From: Bdellovibrionota bacterium
Lineage (GTDB): Bacteria; Bdellovibrionota; UBA1018; CAIPTA01; JAALKR01
NCBI GenBank assembly: GCA_965207455.1
Contig: CBDBMJ010000001.1
Coordinates: 64,001-128,000, forward strand
Length of the DNA stretch: 64,000 nt
Direction of reading: 5' to 3'
The notes beneath the pieces are model-generated. The model saw nothing but the letters and a program-made list of their open reading frames with translations, had not been told where the DNA came from and did not search any database. Shown in pieces: positions 40,474-49,959 of the stretch (the stretch's first letter is position 1; each line of letters starts with the position of its first letter). Made by a program: the position numbers and the translations under genes.

Positions 40474-40773
40474 CTATTTTTTTGACGCTTCTTTTAACAA
40501 TGATCGCACTTGCTTTGGATTCGCTTCCCCATCATCTCTAGCCTCCATTTGATGTATAAGGGCTTTGGCATAATCGAGTGGAGGCAAGATTTCTTTAAGT
40601 ATTTTCTGTGTTTTTTTAGAGAAGTAATGCTTTTCATAATCCTCAATAATCCAAGAAAGCAAGGCATGCTTCTTTATAGTATTAGGTATAGTTTTATTCA
40701 TAGTACTCACCATAGATTTTAAGGATAGGCTTGCATTTTTTGAAATACTAACTTTTGAGATATTTTCTTTCAT
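40474..40773 (-). CDS. Hypothetical protein of the integrative element
   Basis: 99-aa ORF with AAGGAG RBS upstream. Confidence 0.6.
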   Translation of the reverse strand: MKENISKVSISKNASLSLKSMVSTMNKTIPNTIKKHALLSWIIEDYEKHYFSKKTQKILKEILPPLDYAKALIHQMEARDDGEANPKQVRSLLKEASKK

Positions 40774-40972
40774 AATTTCATAACTCCTTTTTGTGTTTTT
40801 TTCTTGATCCGAGAAGACTCTGATTTTATTTTTTATTCTTGAGAAAGTAGAATAAAGATATTTATAAAGGTTTGCGCAGAAATCTTAGATACTGGGAGAA
40901 AAGGGCTACCTAATATAGCTCTTTAAGCAGTCAACTGACGGCACATTATTTTTTTAATTAGGGTATAAATAA

Positions 40973-41010
40973 AAAAAATCCCCTGCCTGTTGCTAAGCAG
41001 AGGATTTTTT
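40973..41010. terminator. Bidirectional terminator-like hairpin
   Basis: AAAAAATCCcCTGC-loop-GCAGaGGATTTTTT. Confidence 0.55.
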
Positions 41011-41013
41011 CAC

Positions 41014-41406
41014 CTGACTTCATGGGTAGGCTCATATTAATTCAGAGCGGCACAGCTTAAATTTGTTATTTTTATTGACTTTGTGCGACGCATTGTGTGG
41101 CGTGAAAATATAGCGTGAATAAAGGGTGGACTTTGTTTGTTTTGATATAATTAAGATAGGGGTATTATGTTTATCACCAGTCCCAAGAGAAAGAATGGAA
41201 TTACCGTTGTCAGACATGATTCAAGCAGACGGCTAAAGATATTTACAAGGCTTTCAATAAGAAGCGAGAGGAGACAGCTTACACTATATACTGAACATGA
41301 CTGTACACAGTCGTAAATGTAGCGTGCTTTTAAGCCCGCTGAAATTAATTTTTAAATAATATCAAGTGCTTGTGAGTTTCGCATCACACCGAACCCATGA
41401 AGTCAG
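41014..41406 (+). mobile_element. 393-bp non-autonomous miniature element, probably an internally deleted IS1634-like IS
   Basis: Perfect 14-bp terminal inverted repeats CTGACTTCATGGGT/ACCCATGAAGTCAG; inside are MFITSPKRKNGITVVR (transposase-like start) and, in another frame, KQTAKDIYKAFNKKREETAY (transposase-like end). Confidence 0.7.
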
Positions 41407-41668
41407 AAAAAATAGTGGCGTTTGCGAAAAAAACAAAAATTCAATTGATACAATAGGATTTTTATTTTAGAACCCAAAAAGGTAAGCACTAATGCTTAGC
41501 CGGAGAATTTTATGCTAAGCACTTAAGGAATTAATATTTTGTATGTATAGCGGCAAAAATATTTTTTACTTTTTACTATTGTCAAGATCAAATCCCTTTG
41601 ATATGCTTTTCGAAACAAGATGTAACTTGTTGTCAACCACATAAATTAAATACGAAGGAGAATAAAAT

Positions 41669-42265
41669 ATGAAAATAATAACACTATTAATAGGAACTAT
41701 AATAGCACTGGGTAACCCCACTGCATTTGCTGATGTGCGAGTCGACAGAAAAATGAGCAAACCTACACTTTATGCTTTACCTCTATTGAGTCAACAAAAC
41801 GAAAACAACAGCGATGGATTAAAAAGAATTAATTTAAATGATGTTCAATCTACAGGTAGCTCTGATAGATTAAACCATTGGTTGTGTTCGCAATTGAGTC
41901 AAATGCTACAAATAATATCTACTGACAGCTTCCTTCTTTTATCGAGTCCATGCCGACAATGGAGCGGTAGTGGTTATATTTTAACAAATATAAGAGCACT
42001 TATCCTACCCCCTGATTTCGATAACGGAAACAATATCGACGATACAGGTGAAGTAGAGGAGATTAATTTAAATGATGTTCAGTCTACCGGCAGTTCCGAT
42101 AGATTAAATTATTGGTTGTGTTCGCGAATGATTCAAATGCTACAGATAATATCTACTAACAGACTTCGTTTTGTATCAGGTTCATGTCAAGGATGGTCCG
42201 GCGGTGGCTATATTTTGCAAAATATAAAAGCACTTATTCTGCCTGCTGATTCCGATAAAAATTAA
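41669..42265 (+). CDS. Secreted protein with two copies of a ~65-aa two-Cys domain
   Basis: Signal peptide (..TAFA), AAGGAG RBS, INLNDVQSTGSSDRLNxWLC repeated at 234-bp spacing. Confidence 0.8.
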   Translation: MKIITLLIGTIIALGNPTAFADVRVDRKMSKPTLYALPLLSQQNENNSDGLKRINLNDVQSTGSSDRLNHWLCSQLSQMLQIISTDSFLLLSSPCRQWSGSGYILTNIRALILPPDFDNGNNIDDTGEVEEINLNDVQSTGSSDRLNYWLCSRMIQMLQIISTNRLRFVSGSCQGWSGGGYILQNIKALILPADSDKN

Positions 42266-42293
42266 TAATGATAACACTGCTTAGTTTTTAGGC

Positions 42294-43184
42294 TTAAATG
42301 CAAAAAGCAGTGTCCGTTTTTTCGGGAAAGATCAGATAAGCATTGCCTTCCTCGATAGTATTAATCTGTTGTAAGCGCATAGCTTTTAGCAAGCGGTCCT
42401 GTAGGGTTCTATTCACTCTCTCCACTCGACCCTTAGCTTGAGGAGAATAGGCATTAATAGACTTAATACCTAGCTCATGTAAAACAGAACCAAACTGAGT
42501 GTACTTAACACCTTGGTTCCTTTTTTCAGAGGTAGCTACCGAGAATATTCCATGTCTATCGTGGTAAAAAGCTCTGGGAATCCCATATTTTTTTATATAT
42601 TTTTCCAAACACTCCATGTATGCAAAGGCTGTTTCAGCAGGAGAAAAATGGCATATTATCTTGCTGCTAGCATCGTCTACAAAAACAATCAAACAGCACT
42701 TAGGGCCTCTTTTCTCAAACCAAGCATGATGGGATCCATCTATTTGCACCAATTCACCACTCCCTTCTCTCCGTTCACGATAAGAGTGTATTCGTTTTGA
42801 TTTCGATTTACGAGGTTCCCATAAACCCCAATCCGTCATCCATTTTCTTAACGTTTCCTTGGAAATTTCAGTCTCAAATTTCTCTAACAAAGTCTCCGAC
42901 ATCAAAGTGGGTCCAAAGCCCTTATATTTTTTTTCACTAACAATCTTATTTATATAATCCTTAAAATCATCCGTGAGTTTTCTTGCGTTTGGCTTTCCAA
43001 CTCGCTTCGGAGCTAAAGCGCCAATACCATCATTGTCATACCTCTTGAAAAGGCGATTCACCCATTCCCGGCCTAAACCAAGCCTCCCAGCAGCCTCTGA
43101 TTGCGTTATCAGCCCTGACGAAATGTCCTGCATTGCCTTCTCCCTATCTCTGACTTTTTTTGTCATTTTAATCACCTTCTCCAT
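42294..43184 (-). pseudogene. Truncated ISNCY/IS1202-type DDE transposase
   Basis: HTH, GELVQIDGSHHAWFE, YHDRHGIF and SPQAKGRVERVNRTLQDRL; the natural C-terminus is replaced after EEGNAYL. Confidence 0.85.
42310..42334. mobile_element. IS3-family terminal inverted repeat remnant
   Basis: Reverse complement TGATCTTTCCCGAAAAAACGGACAC resembles IS3-type ends (TGA..CC...GGACA) and marks the transposase breakpoint. Confidence 0.6.
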
Positions 43185-43235
43185 TTGATGCGCCTCCCTA
43201 TTAAGTTGTTAATAATAAAGAAGATTATACACCGT

Positions 43236-43324
43236 GGTGTGATCTTTCCTTTTGCTAAGGTGTGATCTTTCCTTTTGCTAAGGTGTGATTTTTCCTTTTG
43301 CTAAGGTGTGATTTTTCCTTTTGC
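43236..43324. repeat. Four tandem 23-bp repeats at the IS left end
   Basis: GGTGTGAT[C/T]TTTCCTTTTGCTAA x3 plus a 20-bp partial copy, no spacers; TGTCAA terminus at 43354..43349. Confidence 0.92.
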
Positions 43325-43439
43325 CCCTAAAAAAAATGAAAAAAAGTATTGACACTAGATAGCAGGTCAGATTATTGTGCCTCTCATAAAGGAGTCGCGC
43401 AGTGTGTCTCTTAATAATAGAATAGAAAGGAAAATAGTT

Positions 43440-43868
43440 ATGAAAAATATAAAAAATATAATGATAGTAGGAAGCCTAGTAGCGGCTTTATGTTCAAATG
43501 CTACTTTAGCAGAAGCAGAAGCAGAAGCAGAAGTAGAAGTAGAAGCAGAAGTAGAAGTAGAAGTAAATCCATATGCAGGATTTAGTCTTGGTCCCCAATT
43601 CATATGCGAGACTCAGTCAGCTGTTGTTCGTCCAGATTTTTATAAGCCAACTCAGCGGACTAAGTTTGTACTGGAATATGAATATAAGGAAGGAGAACCA
43701 TATAAAGAAAACCGAAGATTTGCTGACCTAGTAATTAATGGAGACAGAGCTTCTAATTGTGAACTAACTTGGGGAGAGCCTTGGCTGAAAGAATCCGGGC
43801 TAAACCATTCATTTACAGTAGACTTAGCTTCTATTTATTGTAGAGGATCTGAAGCAGATTTGTTTTAA
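43440..43868 (+). CDS. Secreted hypothetical protein with an (A/V)E dipeptide repeat
   Basis: Signal peptide; G[C/T]AGAA x9 at 43509..43562; AAGGA RBS. Confidence 0.7.
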   Translation: MKNIKNIMIVGSLVAALCSNATLAEAEAEAEVEVEAEVEVEVNPYAGFSLGPQFICETQSAVVRPDFYKPTQRTKFVLEYEYKEGEPYKENRRFADLVINGDRASNCELTWGEPWLKESGLNHSFTVDLASIYCRGSEADLF

Positions 43869-43881
43869 AACCCATGGAGGT

Positions 43882-44024
43882 TCGCTCAACATCCCAGGCG
43901 CTAGCTACTCTGTGCTTTATCATCTTACTCCAGAAAATGAAGCTAAAGGTCGATCGCTCAACATCCCAGGCGCTAGCTACTTGTGCTTTATCATCTTACT
44001 CCAGAAAATGAAGCTAAAGGTCGA
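43882..44024. repeat. 72-bp tandem duplication
   Basis: TCGCTCAACATCCCAGGCGCTAGCTAC...AAGGTCGA at 43882 and 43954; the second copy lacks one C. Confidence 0.93.
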
Positions 44025-44241
44025 TCTATTGGCTCATTTCAGAGATTAGCCACTTACTATGACTGTAATTATTCTGGGGCGGTTCTTTTTTGATATAATA
44101 TTAAGTGTTCGTACACTTATTGAATCGCAAATGATGTGAAAAGATGCAGAGACTTATAGTGTAAAAAAGAACTTAGTCTTTAGCAGTGAATTCAGTAAAA
44201 AATAATCTAAGTGCGAAGAATACAGGGATAGAGATTATATT

Positions 44242-44520
44242 CTATTCCTGTATTTTTGTTTTATACTTTTCTTCGATTTGACGTATATAATCAGTGATAA
44301 TAAACTCAATTAAATACCCAATGCGAAAACCTCCTTTTTTACAGTGCTCATGAAAGGTTTTCCAGTCTTTTTCAAGAATTAAAAAAGTGCTAGTGCCACG
44401 GTCTTTAAAGCCGAGCATTTCCAGTTTTAGTTTTTTTTGCTCTTCGAAGATTTTATTTGATTGCTGTATCAAATCCTCGAGAACATCGCTTGTAGCAAGT
44501 CCTTCCTTAGCACAAGCCAA
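44242..44520 (-). CDS. Small ribbon-helix-helix-like hypothetical protein, possibly truncated
   Basis: TFLILEKDWKTFHEHCKKGG..IEFIITDYI pattern; TTG start. Confidence 0.4.
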   Translation of the reverse strand: MACAKEGLATSDVLEDLIQQSNKIFEEQKKLKLEMLGFKDRGTSTFLILEKDWKTFHEHCKKGGFRIGYLIEFIITDYIRQIEEKYKTKIQE

Positions 44521-44528
44521 CCCCTTAT

Positions 44529-45503
44529 TTAAAAATTGACTAAAACACCCGCATGTAGAATAGTGCCTGAAAGACTGGAGTCGAAACTCGTGTTGTTAAT
44601 TTCTGTGTTGAAACTACTTTTAAGTTCTTTTAGGAAACTCAAATCAAGATAAGCTAAATCTTGTAATTTAAATTTTACATTACCAGAAAAGCTAAGTGAT
44701 GTGAAAGACTCTGTTTTAAATGAGATCTGATCCGTTGTAGTAGTTGATTCTCCATTAATCTTTGCTTTAAAATTAACGGAAAAGGTTGCTGATTTTATTT
44801 TTAAAACTCGCAATGATCCATATCCAGAAATTAAACTAGATGATGATATTCCTCTATCTTTGGATTCTCCAATGCTGAGAGCCTCTAGGCCCACAGACCA
44901 AGGAAGTGAAATGTTTTTACTTCTTCCAAACACAACGCCTACTCCAAAATCAGTTCTGCCAAAAGCGGCATTGTCGTTTCTTGCTTCCTGTAGCTTAGGT
45001 GAAAAAGCAAGATAGGTATTAAAATTATTATTATTCTTTAAAGCGAGAATATTATTTAAATCAAAAATTACGGAAAAATAAGGATCCAAGAGTCCAGTTA
45101 TTTTAGAAGTTTCTTCTGTAGTTTCATTAAATTCCGTAGTCTTGAGATTTCTACTCAATACAATATCAGCACTGAATTGAAGCGCAACTTTGTCACTAAT
45201 AGCATAAATGCTTCCAATATTTATTCCGGTTACATCAGTCTCTGACTCAGGGGTATTGCCAAACGTTGTGGTTCCAGATGCTGAATAATACCTAAGTAGA
45301 TCAATGGAAACGCCTTTTTTGGGAAATACTGTTACGATTTCTCTTTCTTTAGGAAAGAGTACTAAATTTTCTGTTGCCTCAGGATCTTTTAGTTTCCAGC
45401 CATTACGGGATTTTGCATGAACAAGGTTTCCTTGAGCGAAACTAAACGTTAGGAACGTGATAAATATACTTGCAATTATTGTTTCCATTTTATTTTTAGA
45501 CAT
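44529..45503 (-). CDS. Putative outer-membrane beta-barrel protein
   Basis: Signal peptide, alternating beta-strand pattern, C-terminal AGVLVNF; GAGGAGG RBS. Confidence 0.7.
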   Translation of the reverse strand: MSKNKMETIIASIFITFLTFSFAQGNLVHAKSRNGWKLKDPEATENLVLFPKEREIVTVFPKKGVSIDLLRYYSASGTTTFGNTPESETDVTGINIGSIYAISDKVALQFSADIVLSRNLKTTEFNETTEETSKITGLLDPYFSVIFDLNNILALKNNNNFNTYLAFSPKLQEARNDNAAFGRTDFGVGVVFGRSKNISLPWSVGLEALSIGESKDRGISSSSLISGYGSLRVLKIKSATFSVNFKAKINGESTTTTDQISFKTESFTSLSFSGNVKFKLQDLAYLDLSFLKELKSSFNTEINNTSFDSSLSGTILHAGVLVNF

Positions 45504-45713
45504 AATATTCCTCCTCAGGGTAAATAACATTATTAACTACGTACAACTTACTACAATTATTTTAATACTAATACCTTATTTTAACACTGCTTTTCTTTAA
45601 AAAAGTTATAAAATTTGTTGAAATATCGTCGAATTTCCTATGCGGAACCGTTTAAATCGTGCTTTAGAAGGCTTTTTGCTGAAATTTTTATCTGAATGTG
45701 CCGAGAGTAATGC

Positions 45714-46199
45714 ATGGGAAATATGTTTATTTTATTGTTAGGAATCTTGCCGGTGGTTTCCTTTGCAAAGGAAATCTGTGGTCACGATGAGGGGAATTTT
45801 CGTTGTGTTAGGTATATTAAGAATTATGATGCCGATACGGTTATGTTCGACATTCCAAACATCCATCCTCTTTTAGGGAGAAAGCTTAGTATTCGAGTGA
45901 GTGGAGTGGATGCCCCGGAGATAAAAACAAAAAATCAATGTGAAAAAAAGAAAGCTTTAAATGCCAAGAAGCTGGTTAGTGGGCTTTTAAGAAATGCAAA
46001 AAGAATTGATTTGGAAAATATTAAGCGGGGAAAATATTTCAGGGTTGTGGCGGATGTAAAGTTCGACGGGAAGTCTCTGTCCCACTATCTACTGAAGAAT
46101 GGCTTTGCATATTCCTATGATGGGGGAGCAAAGAGAAAAATAAACTGGTGTAAATCCTACCGTGAAATTGCTTCCGAAAGTCGAAACCGTAACAGGTAA
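45714..46199 (+). CDS. Thermonuclease (SNase) family protein
   Basis: YDADT, IRVSGVDAPE, GKYFRVVA, GFAYSYDGG. Confidence 0.92.
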   Translation: MGNMFILLLGILPVVSFAKEICGHDEGNFRCVRYIKNYDADTVMFDIPNIHPLLGRKLSIRVSGVDAPEIKTKNQCEKKKALNAKKLVSGLLRNAKRIDLENIKRGKYFRVVADVKFDGKSLSHYLLKNGFAYSYDGGAKRKINWCKSYREIASESRNRNR

Positions 46200-46523
46200 A
46201 AATTTATAATTGTTTACGATAGACCAACGCAAAACACCGAACAGCGGCTGGCGTTAAAATATACTGTCTTTATCGGTCGAGTGTAACTAATAGGAAAAAT
46301 TCAAAAAAAAAACCAACACTCTTTCATAAGTTTTAATTTACTTAACACGGTAAGCATATCCTTTTAATTCAACTAATTAAGTGTAAATTCAAAACTTTTA
46401 ACAAAGATAGCAATGCAGAGCGTCTTAAATTTTATTTTATTAACTTTGACATTAAATATTTGTTAGTATAAAAGTATTAGTAATATAGATAATACAGAAC
46501 TTAAATAAAAAAAGGGGGAAAAA

Positions 46524-47309
46524 ATGACAAATACAAAAATAGAAAAACAATATAGTAAATACAGGGGCTGTGCGTTAGCTCTTTGCCTATCCGTTGGGTT
46601 TTTATTCACGGTAATGGCTAAGGCTGAAGAACGGATTTCTTTAGACGTACATAGTAAATATAGAAAAGGCGACTCCATTGGGTTAAAGGCTCTAGTTAAT
46701 GAGCAATACGGGCAGGGTTATCTGAAGGGCAGAAAGCTATTGTATGTAGATGTTAAGGGAGAGAGCCTCAAGAGGAACAGAAAAGCAAAAGTGAAATTAA
46801 TAGTAGATGGTCATTTGCAGAGCGATGAGCAATTGATGATGTTTCTCGAAAGAGTTCGCTTGTCTAATAATAGCCGGGCTACTTCTGCATGGAAGCTAAA
46901 AATAGCTGAAGGGCCAGCATATATAAAGGAGGTAACTCTTGTTGTGGATCGTGGAGGTGAACAGTTTTACACTATTCGAAGAGCTCATGGTTCATACAGA
47001 AGGGGAGATAAAATCCGATTGAAGAGATTACTCCATAACGAGCACAGTGTAAATCTGGAGAATAAGGTTCTAGTTAGAGTTGAGCTTCGAGCAAAAAGCC
47101 GGAGTTTCCTTAAGCGAGCCAAACTAGCACTTTATATTGGTAACCGAAGGGTTATGGAAGGTAAGGTTCAGTCCTTTAAGCGAGAGTGGGAGCGTCTACA
47201 CAATAAAAAGCATATCCGTGGGAAGAAATGGTATGTGGAGGTTACTCGCAGTTCTGTAGATATTGGCGATATTGTAGTGGTGATGAGGAAAAAATCAGGT
47301 CGTCGCTGA
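46524..47309 (+). CDS. Basic secreted protein with a duplicated beta-rich domain
   Basis: Signal peptide (..AKA); HSKYRKGDSIGLK and HGSYRRGDKIRLK open two homologous halves. Confidence 0.75.
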   Translation: MTNTKIEKQYSKYRGCALALCLSVGFLFTVMAKAEERISLDVHSKYRKGDSIGLKALVNEQYGQGYLKGRKLLYVDVKGESLKRNRKAKVKLIVDGHLQSDEQLMMFLERVRLSNNSRATSAWKLKIAEGPAYIKEVTLVVDRGGEQFYTIRRAHGSYRRGDKIRLKRLLHNEHSVNLENKVLVRVELRAKSRSFLKRAKLALYIGNRRVMEGKVQSFKREWERLHNKKHIRGKKWYVEVTRSSVDIGDIVVVMRKKSGRR

Positions 47310-47379
47310 ATTTACTGTAATTTCTTTGTTATGGCAGCCAGTTCTTTATTGGACTAGCTGCCTAACAAACTAGCTATTT

Positions 47380-48066
47380 TTATTTTTCTTTTTTTATCAA
47401 TGCGGAAGCAAGCACAGCAGAGGGAATAGATACAATTCCCAAGCTAAGCATCAAAATAACAAAAGTGAAAACTCTTCCTCCCACAGTTATGGGATATACG
47501 TCGCCATAGCCCACGGTGGTAAGAGTTACCATAGCCCACCATAGGGAATGAATCACAGAACGGAAATGCTCAGGCTGGGCATCTCGCTCAAAGTAATAAA
47601 TGCCGATGGCTGACAAATAAATAATAGTGAGTGTTGTGACTAAATAAACAAATACCTCTCCCTTTACCTCATCTGCAATATGCCTTAAACGCTGAAGGGA
47701 CTTGGAGTAACGAAAATACTTCATTAGTATAAATAAACGGAAAATTCGCAAAGTTCGTAAATCTACGGAACCACCGCTGAGGAAAAAGGGAAGTAGGGCA
47801 CCCAAATCTATTAATCCATAAAAACTGAAAATAAACCCTATTTTTTTTTCAGTTACTAAAATTCTCAAAAAATATTCCAATACAAAAATAAAAGTAATTA
47901 CAAGTTCCAATTTATACAACAAAGGGAACCAAGCCGACGCCTCGGGTAAGGTTTCAATGGATATGGAAATAACGGAAATAAAAATTAAGGTGCGAAAAAA
48001 TCGGTCAAACAGTTTTCCCTCAAAGGTGCTCGTGCTGTTCACTATTGATCGTAGTCGCTGAATCAC
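47380..48066 (-). CDS. Voltage-gated potassium channel (ion transporter family)
   Basis: TTVGYGD selectivity filter; S4-like RTLRIFRL. Confidence 0.92.
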   Translation of the reverse strand: MIQRLRSIVNSTSTFEGKLFDRFFRTLIFISVISISIETLPEASAWFPLLYKLELVITFIFVLEYFLRILVTEKKIGFIFSFYGLIDLGALLPFFLSGGSVDLRTLRIFRLFILMKYFRYSKSLQRLRHIADEVKGEVFVYLVTTLTIIYLSAIGIYYFERDAQPEHFRSVIHSLWWAMVTLTTVGYGDVYPITVGGRVFTFVILMLSLGIVSIPSAVLASALIKKEK

Positions 48067-48180
48067 ACTTTATTACATCATGGGAGAGACATTTAAACAT
48101 GGCATGGGGCGTGAGCGCCCCAGTTGCCATAGTTTATAAGCACAGGAAAAGTAAACTATCTCTTCTTACTTTAGATCTAT

Positions 48181-49605
48181 TTATGGAAGTAGGGTTGGTG
48201 TGCGTTTAACAACTATTTTCACGTTTACACGACCGCCTAGGTGGTCAGATGACCAAAGTAACTTATCGCCAACCTTAACCCTATCTCGCTCGTCAGTCCC
48301 AAGCAGACTAGAAGATACTGTGCTTGTGTCTACAGTGGTGATAAACTCAGGTGATTCTTCTTCCTCCTCTTGGAATAGTTCATCAATAGATTTTTGCAAT
48401 CTCGAGTTCCAAGCATTCTGCGACATTTTTGTTTTATACTCGTCAAGGTTTCTTTCAAGCTCTCTCAATAATTTAAGATAACTGCTGTAGTCTGAGTACA
48501 TAATATAATCAATTTGACCATCACTCATGAAACCGTCCCCTATCAAATTTTCTTCACGACAGCAGGTTGAAACCTCAGTATCGGGATCGCTAACCAGATC
48601 CGTAAAGCAACCTTTATTTTGCATTATTTCATAGATGCTTCCTGGGGAAGAGTCAGATAAGTTAATTTTAGGAGAGTTTAGATCTCCCAATAAGAAAACA
48701 GGCGCTTTGGGGTTATTAATGTATTTCTTTCTTTTCAAGTAGGACATCAACTCTTCAGCCTGAGCGTTCCTGTCAAAGAATATATTTATATCTTGTAAGT
48801 GTGTGTTTACAACGGTAAAGCGAACTCCCTCCTTTTTTAGGACGGCTATACCCGCAGTGCGAGTAAATTCCAATAGGGTGCTACCAAAGATAGTCTTCTT
48901 TTTGTCATATCCAGTGAGATCTCCTATCAATAATGAAATTAAATTGACAGGGATATGTGTCCACAAACCTCTCTCCGGCCAGATGTTTATGGCAAATTGA
49001 TTTTTTTCTGAATATTCATACGACTCCCAGGATTCCACCTCAATGCCTGGTTTCACCAGAGTTACGTTGTCCAGGTTAAAGATGATTTTTTGTTTTGGGG
49101 GACAATCGGCACAGTAAGGAATTTTCAGCTGGGTTGCTTTGGAAATCAGATCCGTCATTTTACCATCGATCCTGTAAGTACTTATGTATTCCACGCCAGT
49201 AACTTCTTTTAGGGCTCTTTTCAGCTCATCTAGGAAGTCAACCTCTTTTGTTTTATTCCCATCCTTATCTGTTGTCCAGATCGTGATGACCTCTTGCAAA
49301 GCGATTACATCGGGAGCAGATTTGCCTAGACCATTTTCCGTTCTGCTCATGGAATTAGCAAGACCTGTTGCTCGATAAGGGAAATGAGTGTCCTTAATCC
49401 ATTTGAGAATGGTACTAGGGGCTTCGCCCTCAAGCAGCTTTCCTGCATCTGCTCCCAAATAAAGATTTTGGGTGACTAGGGATACATCAACAGACTGAAC
49501 TACTGAATCTTTTGTAGCCTCTACGGAACCACTAAAGAAACCACAGAAAAGGATCAAAGACAGACCCATTATTTTATCTACACTGACATTTTTATTACTA
49601 CTCAT
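48181..49605 (-). CDS. Secreted endonuclease/exonuclease/phosphatase (EEP) family protein
   Basis: TQNL, DVIALQEV, NTHL, GDLN, IDYI and SDH motifs; signal peptide. Confidence 0.88.
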   Translation of the reverse strand: MSSNKNVSVDKIMGLSLILFCGFFSGSVEATKDSVVQSVDVSLVTQNLYLGADAGKLLEGEAPSTILKWIKDTHFPYRATGLANSMSRTENGLGKSAPDVIALQEVITIWTTDKDGNKTKEVDFLDELKRALKEVTGVEYISTYRIDGKMTDLISKATQLKIPYCADCPPKQKIIFNLDNVTLVKPGIEVESWESYEYSEKNQFAINIWPERGLWTHIPVNLISLLIGDLTGYDKKKTIFGSTLLEFTRTAGIAVLKKEGVRFTVVNTHLQDINIFFDRNAQAEELMSYLKRKKYINNPKAPVFLLGDLNSPKINLSDSSPGSIYEIMQNKGCFTDLVSDPDTEVSTCCREENLIGDGFMSDGQIDYIMYSDYSSYLKLLRELERNLDEYKTKMSQNAWNSRLQKSIDELFQEEEEESPEFITTVDTSTVSSSLLGTDERDRVKVGDKLLWSSDHLGGRVNVKIVVKRTPTLLP

Positions 49606-49648
49606 TACGATTACTCCTTTTTATTTGTTAATTCTATTCAATCGCTCC

Positions 49649-49677
49649 ATTATAACAATCTTAACGCGATAAGTCAA
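49649..49677 (-). promoter_or_regulatory. Sigma70-type promoter of the EEP gene
   Basis: TTGACT-17 nt-TATAAT with extended -10 TG. Confidence 0.7.
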
Positions 49678-49959
49678 CCTATTTCTTGTTTTCCCGAATT
49701 TCGCAGGTTGACTCACAAAAAACGTCACCAAAATGGCTTTGAGAACAGTGAGTTACAGTTCAGTTGACTCATAATGCGGCTCAGAGTAAATATGAAAAAA
49801 AAATAATATATCGGAGATTGGGCTATAAATAAACAAAGCACAGACCAGTATGGCCTAAAAAATATAGATGAAGACACAGATAATACTTGACATTTTTAAG
49901 CAAGAATGAGACAATGCGTTATCATGTTGAATATTCAACGGAAATGGAGTAAAGGATTG

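Noticed and set aside
41014..41406. Retron msr-msd or type I toxin-antitoxin RNA
   Set aside because: No reverse transcriptase nearby and the small ORF is not hydrophobic; IS-like ends and transposase-like tips explain it better
43236..43324. CRISPR array
   Set aside because: The 23-bp units are contiguous with no spacers, there are no cas genes, and they sit at an IS end
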